DNA from: Nitrospirota bacterium
GTDB taxonomy: Bacteria > Nitrospirota > UBA9217
DNA length: 64,000 nucleotides
Reading direction: 5' to 3'
Assembly (NCBI GenBank): GCA_963741205.1
Contig: CAVUHW010000043.1
Span: 1 to 64,000 of the forward strand
Numbering within the stretch: the first letter of the stretch is position 1; each line of letters opens with the position of its first letter. Position numbers and translations under genes: made by a program. The notes below the pieces were generated by a model that was not told where the DNA came from, made no database searches, and saw nothing but the letters and a program-made list of their open reading frames with translations. Positions 42,841 through 52,960 of the stretch are shown one piece after another.

Positions 42841-43019
42841 ATAAACGTAAAGTTCAGATCCATGATTGATATATAATTAGCTATTGAAAAAGTAATGAGC
42901 TTATACCTAATACTTATCCACTCGGAAAGACAACGCAGGCAGAATAGCAACGAAATTGGGTGAGGTAATCAAATCGATGATATTATATTATTTTATCGAA
43001 CGCGCGAGAGAACGCTTAA

Positions 43020-43556
43020 GTGCTTATTATTGCACTGATTTCCCTTCTTTGTTCTCCGATTTATGCCCAACAGGAGGTGACCGAACTCTACACAGACACT
43101 GGTGTGCCTACGCGGGCAGGCGTCAGCGAGTCAGAAGGTTTCCACGGCACGCTCGGGGCTGACTCGTCTGTCTCGAAGAAAATTATTGGCGACGGCGGGA
43201 CAATCATTACCGTCGGCGCCATGATTTTTTGCGCTATGAGGATCTGGCATACTGGAGTCACAGGGGCGGGGGGGTCTGGCTGCTCTAGACTGATCATCAT
43301 TCGCTCTGCTTCGGCGGCGGTATCAGGACGCATCCAGGCTGGGGCTGGAGAAGATCCGCTTCTCGCCGGAATGGAAACACGCAAGAGCTCACTCGACGGC
43401 TACCTCGATGCAGTCTGCAGCACGTCCATTGTCACGACAGGCATTGGCTACTATCACGATGCTCTTAGTTCAAGTCGCGGGAACACGGCCTCGCTCAGAT
43501 TTTCGAAGAATATCATGCTGAACAGAGATGAGATAGTGTATTCCTTGATATATTGA
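43020..43556 (+). pseudogene. Degraded or truncated MipA/OmpV-like gene
   Basis: Signal-like start, PLLAGMETRKSSLDG and HDAL..SRG. The frame looks scrambled. Confidence 0.5.
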
Positions 43557-43619
43557 TCTATCATACCACCAGTATATGCATCCTATGTATATAAAATGGC
43601 CTCCACTGGAAAACGCACA

Positions 43620-43671
43620 ATGATTCAGCGGGTGATCCGACTCGCAATGGGCGGCTCCACCCGCGTTAGCT
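43620..43671 (+). mobile_element. Degenerate attC-like site
   Basis: Noisy copy of 45101-45150 ending GGCGGCTC..CGTTAGCT. Confidence 0.45.
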
Positions 43672-43696
43672 CCCCAAGATCAGGAGGAATACGAGT

Positions 43697-44164
43697 ATGG
43701 AAAAAATTTTGTTTATTGCAATACTCGCCTCTGTGTTTCCCATGATGGTCATTGGGAGACAGCTCCTAGCCATCTCGATAATATTCGAACAAAGAAACAA
43801 CAGAGAAATAAAATCGATTGTTCTTTTTAGTACTCTCGCCAGCCTCGGAGTGATCAACCTATTTATTGCTTTTCCGAAAATAGTTCTAGGAGTTGCAGTA
43901 ATTCTGATAATTATCTCAGTAATCAAATTTAACAAGAGGACAACTTGGATAAGATAAACGCTCTAGCTCTTCTTGTCTGGGCTCACGTGGCTCTTGTATT
44001 TTGCCTTGGAATTTGTCATGCGTGAATGGTCGCATGCTGCAATGCAACAATACTGTTATTTCTCCATTCGCAATATTATTTTTAAGCAGCAATTGCTTTA
44101 TGTTTGCTTCCGTCATCTAACTGCCAGTGAAAAACAAGAGCTAACAAATCGTTCGAGCCGATAA
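43697..44164 (+). pseudogene. Degraded duplicate of the membrane-protein cassette at 45176-45661
   Basis: Nearly identical DNA with many small deletions. Confidence 0.75.
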
Positions 44165-44186
44165 ATCGGTCAACTCATCGTTGATA
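44139..44186 (+). mobile_element. attC site
   Basis: AGCTAAC-AAATC-GTTCGAGCCGAT-AA-ATCGGTCAAC-TCATC-GTTGATA. Confidence 0.65.
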
Positions 44187-44191
44187 GCGCC

Positions 44192-44500
44192 ATGGAAGAG
44201 AACATTACATGACATCGATCATTGCAGCCTGTCGGCTTGGCTTTATTGATGTGCAGAAGCGTTCTGCCAAAGCAGTCATCGGGGAACGAAATAGATGTGG
44301 TTTTCATTTCTGTCAACGAGAAGAGAGCATCAGCATATTCATATCAGTCCTCGCTGTATCGTTTCTGACAATGCATGATAAAACGCGAACTGCAAAAATG
44401 AGAATTCCAACCAGCCGGTCCTCCGCATTTAATGACTTGTCTTCTTATTGGCTGTATAGGCCTTATATTTGGCGCGTTGACAAGTTTGGTTGGTAGAAAG
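44192..44500 (+). pseudogene. Possible degraded AT-rich cassette ORF
   Basis: ATG just after the attC and hydrophobic stretches, but no clean frame. Confidence 0.3.
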
Positions 44501-44557
44501 CAATGATTTACCAAGTAACTTCCCTTCCTTTCCACGTTTTCCCTTGGATAATTCAAT

Positions 44558-44594
44558 TTGACAAAGCTTTATTTAATATTTACAATGTAAATAT
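44558..44594 (+). promoter_or_regulatory. Sigma70 promoter and palindromic operator of brnTA
   Basis: TTGACA-N17-TACAAT. ATATTTACA-A-TGTAAATAT overlaps the -10 box and the ATG. Confidence 0.8.
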
Positions 44595-44877
44595 GAACTT
44601 GACCTTCGATTGGGACAACGAAAAGAGCGCATCAAACCGAAAGAAGCATGGCATCTCTTTCGAGGAGGCGCAGACTGTCTTTCTTGATGAGAATGCAGTG
44701 ATGATACACGATCCGGACCATTCCGCAGAAGAGGATCGCTTTATCATCTTAGGATTAAGCGTTAAGTTCAGAGCCTTGGTTGTTTGTCACTGCTATCGAA
44801 AAAGCAATGAGGTTATAAGAATCATATCCGCTCGGAAAGCAACCCGTATAGAACAGAAACGATATTGGGAAAGGTGA
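44593..44877 (+). CDS. brnT: BrnT-family toxin
   Basis: FDWD.EK...N.KKHGISFEEA, EDRF and IRIISARKA. Confidence 0.93.
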   Translation: MNLTFDWDNEKSASNRKKHGISFEEAQTVFLDENAVMIHDPDHSAEEDRFIILGLSVKFRALVVCHCYRKSNEVIRIISARKATRIEQKRYWER

Positions 44878-44882
44878 TCAAA

Positions 44883-45098
44883 ATGAGAAAAGAATACGAT
44901 TTTTCAAAAGCACAAAAGAACCCTTATGCGCGCCGACTGAAGCGACAAGTTACACTCCGGATGGATGAAGGCACAATAAGCTATTTCAAAGCTCTAGCAC
45001 AAGAGATCGGTGTTCCCTATCAAACATTGATAAATCTTTACCTCCGAGATTGTGCAGCCTCGCATAAGAAACTGGCACTCCACTGGAAAACCGTATAA
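44883..45098 (+). CDS. brnA: BrnA-family antitoxin
   Basis: MRKEYDFS..KNPYA, VTLRMD and PYQTLINLYL. Confidence 0.9.
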   Translation: MRKEYDFSKAQKNPYARRLKRQVTLRMDEGTISYFKALAQEIGVPYQTLINLYLRDCAASHKKLALHWKTV

Positions 45099-45100
45099 AG

Positions 45101-45150
45101 ATTTAACGGATCATTCGAGTCGCCAAGGGCGGCTCAATTCGTCGTTAGCT
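45101..45150 (+). mobile_element. attC site (50 bp)
   Basis: ATTTAAC-GGATC-ATTCGAGT-CGCCAAGGGCG-GCTCAAT-TCGTC-GTTAGCT, starting right after the brnA stop. Confidence 0.72.
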
Positions 45151-45175
45151 CCCCAAGATCAGGAGGAATACGAGT

Positions 45176-45661
45176 ATGGAAAAAATTTTGTTTATTGCAA
45201 TACTCGCCTCTGTGTTTCCCATGATGGTCATTGGGAGACAGCTCCTAGCTTATCTCGATAATATTCGAACAAAGAAAACGACAAGAGAAATAAAATCGAT
45301 TGTTCTTTTTAGTACTCTCGCCAGCCTCGGAGTGATCAACCTATTTATTGCTTTTCCGAAAATAGTTCTAGGAGTTGCAGTAATTCTGATAATTATCTCA
45401 GTAATCAAATTTAACAAGAGGACAACTTGGGATAGGAAAAACGCTCTAGCCCTATTCTTGTCTGGGCTCACGTGGCTCTTGTATTTTGCCTTGGAATTTG
45501 TCATGCGTGAATGGTCGCGTGCTGCTAATGCAACAATACGTGTTGATCTTCTCTTCATTGCGCCAATATTGTTCTTTGAAGCAGCAATTGCCTTATGTTT
45601 GGCTTCCGTGGATCTAACTGCCAGTGAAAAACAAGAGCTAACAAATCGTTCGAGCCGATAA
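45176..45661 (+). CDS. Cassette-borne multi-pass membrane protein of unknown function
   Basis: AGGAGG RBS, several hydrophobic segments, IRVDLLFIAP, low GC, stop codon inside the attC. Confidence 0.75.
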   Translation: MEKILFIAILASVFPMMVIGRQLLAYLDNIRTKKTTREIKSIVLFSTLASLGVINLFIAFPKIVLGVAVILIIISVIKFNKRTTWDRKNALALFLSGLTWLLYFALEFVMREWSRAANATIRVDLLFIAPILFFEAAIALCLASVDLTASEKQELTNRSSR

Positions 45662-45684
45662 ATCGGCTCAACTCATCGTTGCTC
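45636..45684 (+). mobile_element. attC site (49 bp)
   Basis: AGCTAAC-AAATC-GTTCGAGC-CGATAAATCG-GCTCAAC-TCATC-GTTGCTC. Confidence 0.75.
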
Positions 45685-45691
45685 CAATTCA

Positions 45692-46504
45692 ATGAACCGA
45701 ATTATGCCGGGCAATAATATTATGACGCCGAAAGATATCATGCTCTCAGGAAAGCGGGTCCGTGTCTTCACCAGCGGAACGGGGCCGGGGCTCTTGCTGC
45801 TCCACTCCGCGTGGGGAGACGCAGTAATGAGCTGGGCGCCCGTGTGGAACGGTCTCAGCGAGTTCTTCACTGTTATCGCGCCTGACCTGCCCGGTTTCGG
45901 AGCATCGGAGCCGCTTGATGTACCAACGCTCGCAGCAAATGCCAGGGTCATGAAGGAACTACTCGACGCTCAGAAGATCAACGCCGCCATCGTTGCCGGC
46001 AATTCCTTCGGCGCTGCCGTAGCCATTGAGTTCGCCTCATCCTTTCCTGGACACACCCTCAGCGTCGTGCTGGTGAACGGCGGGTACCTGCCCCGGCTTC
46101 CCGGGTTCGTGAGAAAGCTGATCTCTTTGCCGATCGTGGAAAAGCGTTTCCGCGCTTTGATGCGGAACATGAGCTGGTCGGACAAGGCATTCGCGAAAGG
46201 CTTCCCGAACCCCGGCAAGCTGCCCCCGCTGTTTTTCGACCGGATACGCCTGAACGAAGGGAAACAAGCCCCGATCGTCTTCAATACGTTCATGCGACAG
46301 ACACAATCGCAGGTACCGCCACCGGTCCCCGCCGCGATGATCTGGGGTACAGGAGACAGGCTCGTCACCATGAGGCAGGCGGGAATCATCCGCAAGTGGC
46401 TCGGCAAGCCGGACTTCGTACCTATTGACGGTGCGGGCCATATGCCTCAGGTGGAACGGCCCGCGGAGTTTGTGGAGGCAATGAAGAAGATAGGGCAGAT
46501 GTGA
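45692..46504 (+). CDS. Alpha/beta-fold hydrolase
   Basis: LLLLH, PDLPGFG, GNSFG nucleophile elbow and AGHMPQVE. Confidence 0.9.
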   Translation: MNRIMPGNNIMTPKDIMLSGKRVRVFTSGTGPGLLLLHSAWGDAVMSWAPVWNGLSEFFTVIAPDLPGFGASEPLDVPTLAANARVMKELLDAQKINAAIVAGNSFGAAVAIEFASSFPGHTLSVVLVNGGYLPRLPGFVRKLISLPIVEKRFRALMRNMSWSDKAFAKGFPNPGKLPPLFFDRIRLNEGKQAPIVFNTFMRQTQSQVPPPVPAAMIWGTGDRLVTMRQAGIIRKWLGKPDFVPIDGAGHMPQVERPAEFVEAMKKIGQM

Positions 46505-46643
46505 GGTAAACTTCCGGGGGGCAAGTTTATACTACCGGACTTTTATAGAGGTTTTACTAAAAGCTCTTTTAAACCGTCACGCTCGGTGTAGCTTTATTTA
46601 CAATCGTGTGAGACCGGTCTGAGCAGCCGCAATCAGAGATGCA

Positions 46644-46680
46644 AAAAATAACGGCGGGGTCCAAGAGGCCCCGCCGTTTG
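46644..46680 (-). terminator. Terminator of the hem operon
   Basis: AACGGCGGGG/CCCCGCCGTT stem with a T-run on the minus strand. Confidence 0.7.
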
Positions 46681-46711
46681 CATTTCGTGCGACTCATCAA
46701 CGTGCGGTCGC

Positions 46712-48137
46712 TCAGCACTTCAGTATCTTTTCCGCCGCGATCTGCGCCTCATGGATGCAGTCGCCGATGCCGATGCCCTTGTACGAGCAGCCGATGACGT
46801 GCAGTCCCGGGTGGACCGCAAGGGTCCGGTCGAGCTGGCCGATGCGTTCCAGGTGTCCTACCGTGTATTTCGGCATGCCCTTGTACCAGCGGTAAACCTT
46901 GGAAAACTTGGCGTCGGCCTTGAGGCCGAGAATCGTGTCGAGCTCTTCCTGCACCATGTCGACCATGCCGGCATCGTCGAGGTCGTGGACCAGCTCTTCG
47001 TGATGGCCGCCGCCCACGAAGACGCGGATAAGAACATGATCGTCGGGGCCGCGGTTCGACCATTTGATGGAGCTGAAGGTCGCCGCGTTGACCCGTCTTC
47101 CCTCGACGCGGGGGACGATGAAGCCGAACCCGTTCAAGGGGACCTTGACGTCCTCTTTCCGGAAGGCGATGGAGACCGTGGCAGACGAGGACCATTCGAT
47201 CTTGTTCAACTGCTCCGCGAGCGCCGCATCGAATCCCTTGACCATCCCCGCCGCATCATACGCGGCAGACGCGATCATGACGTGGTCTGCTTCGAGGGTC
47301 TCGCCGCTTTCGAGGACAACGGCATATCCCTTGTACCTCGGTTCAATTGCCTTGACCGAGGCGCCGGTGCGGATCGATTCCCCGCCGATGTACTCGGCGC
47401 AGGCCCGGGACAGGGTCTGCATGCCGTTCTTGAAGCTCATGAAGTAGGTCATCTTCGGGGCGCCGGGCTTGGGCGGAGGGCCGGAGAGCGTCGCATGGGG
47501 CCGGTTCTTCATCGCGGAAATCATGCCCATGATCAGGCTGCCGCTCTTCCGTTCCATCTCGACGAAGCGCGGAAAGGTCGCCAGCACGCTCATGTTGTCC
47601 GGGTTCGAGGTGTGGATGCCGGCCACGAGCGGCTCCGCGATCTTTTCGAGGCATTCCCGCCCCAGTCTTCGCGTGACGAAGGAGGCGAGGCTTTCATCCT
47701 CCGGGTACCTGCGCTTCGGCATGAATACCTCCATGCCCATGCGGATTTTGCCGGGCCAGGAGATGAGGCTGGACTTGGCCATGGGCCAGAACGACGTGGG
47801 CACCATGAGCATCACGCCCTCGGGCAGGGAGTGGAGCCTGTTTTTTGAATAGATGAACGTACCCTTGAACTGGTCGTTCGAAGGCAGCATCTCCGGTTCA
47901 AGCCCCATGTGCTTCGCAAGGTTCACGCTCCAGACCTTCTCCGGGAAGAAAACTGTCCGGACCGCCCTCGACCAGGAATTGGTCGTGCTTTTCGGTCAGG
48001 ATCTTGCCGCCGATTCGGTTGTTCTTTTCGAGCACGAGGAGGTCAATGGTCTTGTCGTAGGCCTTGGCCCCGGTCTTTAAGTGAACGGCGGCGGCCAGCC
48101 CGGCGATCCCTCCGCCTATGATGATGATTTTCGGCAT
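46712..48137 (-). CDS. hemG: Protoporphyrinogen/coproporphyrinogen III oxidase, HemY-type (frameshifted)
   Basis: IIGGGIAGL, EGGPDSF, GFGFIVP, MPKYTVGH and GIGIGDCI. Confidence 0.93.
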
Positions 48138-48613
48138 AAGTCAAATTCCTTTGGACGCAAATTTATAAAAAGATTTTTGTACGCGGAAACATCGGAAACT
48201 GCGAAAGGAGCGGATTGCCTCTTGCCGCTGTTGAATACCCTCCGCTTCACTTCGGGTTTGGGTCCGAAATTCATAAGAAGTCCGACCTCGATCTTTGTTG
48301 CTTTGAGGTAATTTAAAAGCTGCGCTTCATGATCAATAGTGAGGGTCCTGGCAGCTTTTATTTCCAGGATGATGCAATCTTCCACAATTATATCGGCAGC
48401 ATATTCTCCGATTATTTGTCATCATAAAATACGTGTATAGGGATATTCGGTTCTGGCTCGTAAGCCCATTTTTACTAATTCCATCATCAACGCAGCAACA
48501 TAAACCTTTTCCAGAAACCCGTACCCAAGAACATTATAGACCTTATAAAAAGCCTTGATGATCTTTTCCGACAGCTCCTTATGTTTGAAATCCTCAATTT
48601 TTGGATCCATCAT
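48116..48613 (-). CDS. GxxExxY protein (PD-(D/E)xK-like, frameshifted)
   Basis: LGYGFLEKVY, ADIIVE..IILEIKA, HEAQLLNYLKAT and GLLMNFG. Confidence 0.92.
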
Positions 48614-48648
48614 CCGAAACTTCCGCCTTTACCGCTCTTTCCGCGTCC
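48179..48648. mobile_element. Putative GxxExxY element bounded by inverted 4x9-mer arrays
   Basis: 48179-48215 GTACGCGGAAACATCGGAAACTGCGAAAGGAGCGGAT aligns with the reverse complement of 48612-48648. The unit is a low-GC insert between hemH and hemG. Confidence 0.65.
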
Positions 48649-48655
48649 ACAAAGG

Positions 48656-49555
48656 TTATAGGTTTTTCTTCACCACGTCCGCCAAGGCCTTGATAAACAG
48701 CGGCGAGGTGTTCAGGGATTCGGCGCGCTCGAACGCGAGCCCGAGTTTTTTCGCGTGGGCCCGGTGCACGATATCGATGTCGTAGAGCGTCTCCATGTGG
48801 TCGCAGGTGAAACCGACAGGCACCTCGAGAACGGCTTTGTATCCTTCGTGCGCGATCGCGTCGAGCACGGGCTCGACCTCCGGTCCGAGCCACGGCTCCG
48901 TGGCCCGCGCCCCTTTGCTCTGCCACGCTACGCGCCAGTTTTTGATGCCCAGCTTGTCCACGATGAGCTTCACGGTCTCTTCGACCTGGCGCTGGTACGG
49001 GTCTCCCGCGGTGATGTAGCGGACCGGGATGCTGTGGCTCGTGAAGATCACCACAACGTGCTTTTGATCCCCGGTCCAGAAACGCTTCAGGCCCTGAAAC
49101 ACATGCTCCTGCCATGCATTGATGAACAGAGGATTGTCATGCCAGCTCGCGATGAACGTTTTTCCGATGTTCCCCGGCCCCAGCGGCTCGAAGGCGCTCC
49201 GGTACGCGCCGGTCGTGACCTCGGTGGCAAAAGGGGACATCGAGAGACCGATGACGCGGTCCGCGCCTTCCTTGACGGCCCGGTCAAAGGACTCCGCGAC
49301 CGAGGGTGAAGAGTACCGGAAGCCTTCGTACGCCCGGTGGCCCTTGCCGAGCTCGCGTTCAAGGGCGGCTGCCTGGGCCTTCACCAGTTCCGGGAGCGGC
49401 GACCTGCCGCCGATCAGCTTATAGCGTTCGATGACCGCGGAAACAACGGGAGGGGGGGCCGGCCGGCCCATGAAGGCGGCCATGAAGGGGCCGACCTCAT
49501 CGAGCGACCGGGGGCCGCCCAGGGCGATGAGTATGATGGCGGTGTGATTGGACAT
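48656..49555 (-). CDS. hemH: Ferrochelatase
   Basis: IGGRSPL, FTSHSIP, GDPY, WLGP and DHMETLYDID. Confidence 0.95.
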   Translation of the reverse strand: MSNHTAIILIALGGPRSLDEVGPFMAAFMGRPAPPPVVSAVIERYKLIGGRSPLPELVKAQAAALERELGKGHRAYEGFRYSSPSVAESFDRAVKEGADRVIGLSMSPFATEVTTGAYRSAFEPLGPGNIGKTFIASWHDNPLFINAWQEHVFQGLKRFWTGDQKHVVVIFTSHSIPVRYITAGDPYQRQVEETVKLIVDKLGIKNWRVAWQSKGARATEPWLGPEVEPVLDAIAHEGYKAVLEVPVGFTCDHMETLYDIDIVHRAHAKKLGLAFERAESLNTSPLFIKALADVVKKNL

Positions 49556-49559
49556 GAGA

Positions 49560-49651
49560 AAATCAGGGGGCAGGGTAGCAGAAGTAGCGAAGTCAGCGAA
49601 GAGTCTTGAGACTTCCTGGCTACTGACCCTTGCCGCTTGACTCTTGACCCT
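49560..49651. repeat. Inverted 7-mer tandem-repeat element
   Basis: AATCAGG GGGCAGG GTAGCAG ... CTGGCTA CTGACCC TTGCCGC TTGACTC TTGACCC. Confidence 0.6.
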
Positions 49652-50683
49652 ATCTTTTACTCAGCTCATGCGTCGCGTTGATGAACTCCGCTGCGTGGTC
49701 GAGCGGCGTCTGCTGCAGGATGCCGTGGCCCAGGTTCATGATGTGGCCGTTCCTGCCCGCGGCCCTGTCGAGGATCTCCTTCGTCCTTTTCCTGATGAAC
49801 TCCTTGGAGCCGAACAGCGATACCGGGTCGAGGTTCCCCTGAACGGCCTTGTCGTGACCCGACGCGCTTCCAGGCCGCATCGAGGTCGCAGCGCCAGTCA
49901 AGGCCGATCACGTCTCCGCCCGCCTCGGAGACCATCTCCAGGAGATGGGTGGCGCCGTGGGCGAAGTGGATGAGCGGAACGGTCTTCTTGATCCCGGCGA
50001 TCACGTTCTTCTGGTGCGGCAGCACGAACTCGCGGTAGTCGCTCGGCCCCAGGGCCCCGACCCAGGAGTCGAAGACCTGGACCGCCTGCACGCCGATATC
50101 GATCTGGGCGTTCAGGTAGTTGATGATGACGCCGGTCAGATGCTCCATGAGCTTGTGCCAGGCCTTGGGCTCCGCGAACATCATGGCCTTGGCGTGCTCG
50201 TAGTTCCGCGACCCGCCGCCCTCGATGATGTAGGAGGCGAGCGTGAACGGCGCGCCCGTGAACCCGATGAGCGGCACCTTGCCGTCAAGCTCCTTCAGCA
50301 CGATCTTGATGGCCTTCATGAGATAGTCGATCTGCGTTGCGGCGTCGATGGGCTTGAGCTTCTCCACGTCGGCCAGGGTGCGCACGGGATTATGGATCAC
50401 CGGGCCCTCGCCCTTGGCGAATTCGAGCCCGACCCCCATGGGCTCGAGCGGCAGCAGGATGTCGGCGAAGATGATGGCGGCGTCGATCTCGTAGCGCCGA
50501 ACCGGCTGGATCGTCACCTCGGCGGCAAGCTCCGGCGTCTTGCACATCTCGAGGAAGCGTGTGCTTTGCCCGGATCTCGCGGTACTCGGGCAGGTATCTT
50601 CCCGCCTGCCGCATCATCCATACCGGGGTGCAGTCAACCTGCTCGCGCCTGCATGCCTTCAAAAACCTGTCTGCTCTGGACAT
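49650..50683 (-). CDS. hemE: Uroporphyrinogen decarboxylase (frameshifted)
   Basis: [31 protein letters not shown] and NLGHGI. Confidence 0.96.
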
Positions 50684-50883
50684 CCGTCGTGCTCTCCCTG
50701 TCGGCGTTGGAATGAATGAATACGGTGGTGCGAAGGTTCATAATAGTATTTTGCGGTTGAAAACTCAAGAAAATTTTATTTGCAAATGCCACTCACGAAA
50801 TCACTCCTTCCGGACGAGGGAGGAAATCCCCCCCTCATCAAGGATTGCAATGCCTGGGGGATTATGGTATTTTCACACCGGAT

Positions 50884-52064
50884 ATGAAACCGTTAATAGC
50901 AGTCGTCATTCTTCTCTTGTCCCTAATCGCCTGCGCGCGGCCGCCCGCGCCGGTGACCAGGCCCGAGGATGCGCTTGCGCCCGCGCGGGTGCATGCAGCT
51001 TTGCGCGACGATCTCGAATTCCGGGATGTCGCGGCATCCGCGCGCCAAAGTCTGGAGTATTACCGGAAGCTTTCGCCGGACGCTGCGTTCCAATTCGGGC
51101 CTACCCGCTTGACCAGCCTCGACATGATCGTTACGCTCCAGGATTTTCTCCTCATCGTCGAGAATGATTCCCTGACTTCCGGGCAGAAGATCGACCGCAT
51201 CAACAAAGATTTCGTTTTCTACCAGGCCGCGGGTTCGGACGGCAGGGGTAAGGTGCTCTTCACGGGATATTATGAACCCATGCTTTCCTGCCGAAAGTCG
51301 GCAGACAGGACCCATCAATATCCGCTCTACCGTAAACCCGACGACATCATCGAGATCGACCTGACCCAGTTCGGAAACGGGTTTCCGAAGAACAAGATTT
51401 ACGGAAGACTCGACGGCAAAAAGGTGGTCCCTTATTACGCGCGGGAGGAGATAGACCTGAAGAAGGTCCTTGCCGGTAAGGACCTCGAAATTCTATGGTG
51501 CAGCGATCCCATTGACATCTACGTGCTCCAGGTGCAGGGCTCGGGCAAGGTTGACCTCGGGGGCGGGAACGTCATCAGCGTTTTGTACGACGGCTCGAAC
51601 GGCAGGCCCTACAAGAGCATCGGGAAGTATCTCATCGATACGGGCGCCATCCCGAAGGAGAACATGTCCATGCAGGTTATCCGTGAGTATCTGCGCTCCC
51701 ATCCGGAGAAACTCGCGGCGGTTTTAACCAGAACCAGAGCTATGTCTTTTTCCGGCTCGGCACCGGGCCGTCCATCGGGAACATCGGCGTTCCGCTCACG
51801 CCCGGCCGGTCCATCGCCACCGACAGCAAGCTCTTCCCCAAGGGCGCGCTGGGATTGATTGTCGCACGGAAGCCGGTGATCGAGAACGGCGTCATCAAGG
51901 ACTGGGCGCCCTTCACCCGGTTTGTGCTGAACCAGGACACGGGCGGCGCGATCAAGGGCGCGGGGCGGGTGGACGTGTTTTTCGGCCAGGGACCGGAGGC
52001 GGAGCTTACCGCGGGGAACCTTCAGCAGGAAGGGGAGTTGTATTTCCTGGTGAGGAAGAAGTGA
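50884..52064 (+). CDS. mltA: Membrane-bound lytic transglycosylase A (frameshifted)
   Basis: Lipobox LIA-C, FTGYYEP, LQVQGSG and QDTGGAIKG..RVDVFFG. Confidence 0.92.
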
Positions 52065-52237
52065 AGGAAAAATAGAGACGCTTGTTTATCGGCTTAAATC
52101 GTCCGTCATCCGCTCCTGAAAAAAGAGCCCTCCCGCCTACGTTCCCCATCGCGTGATATAATGAATATCATCGTTAACCGGCGCATGGCGCCATTTCCGC
52201 GCCGCCGACCCCCCCGGAGGAAAGCCTTTCAACGATT

Positions 52238-52959
52238 ATGTTTTTCGTGCCCAAGAGGAGGCGCGGTCCCGGAGCTGTCGGACCTCCCCCCCGAGACCTA
52301 CAGCCAATCCGAGCTCGCCGGGAGCCTTGCGGACATCAGGAAGGTCAACCGCTTCCTCGGTGACAATCATGCGACGCTCAAGTTCTTTTCGGCCCTGGTG
52401 TCGGGCATCGCGGCCGCGGACAGGCCCGTCAGGGTGCTGGACGTTGCGACCGGCTCGGCGGACATTCCCGTAGCGATCGTGAAGTGGGCGCGCAAACACG
52501 GGATAAAAGTCGTCGTGACCGCCGTGGACCTCAACCCCATCGTTGTGCGCGAGGCCGCGGCTTTCACACGGACGTACCCGGAAATAACCGTCTCCGTGGC
52601 CGACGGCTTCTCGCTTCCCTATGAGGACGGCAGCTTTGACATCGTGTTATGCATGAAGACCCTGCACCACTTCAACGAGGAGGATACGGTCAGGCTGCTT
52701 GCGGAGCTTTACCGGGTGGCCGCCTTCGGCTATATCATCATGGACCTCAGGCGGAGCTGGGTGGCGTGGGCTGCTCATAACCGTGCTCACGAGGCTCTTC
52801 ACCCGTAACAGACTTACCCGGCACGACGGCCCGATGTCGGTGCTCCGCTCGTACACGGATGCCGAATTGAGCGCCCTGGCCGACAGGGCGGGCCTCGCGG
52901 GCCACAGGGTGGCGAGGGCGCCGTTCTGGCTGATGGTACTATCCGGGAGGAAGGACTAA
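52238..52959 (+). CDS. SAM-dependent methyltransferase (frameshifted)
   Basis: LADIRKVNRFLG, VLDVATGSAD, LHHF and RHDGPMSVLRSY. Confidence 0.85.
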
Positions 52960-52960
52960 G

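Noticed and set aside
44500-44560. attC site before brnT
   Set aside because: TAAC and GTT are present but there are no pairing L boxes.
45692-46504. Hydrolase as a complete gene cassette
   Set aside because: It follows an attC but I found no attC after it, and its GC content is closer to the backbone.
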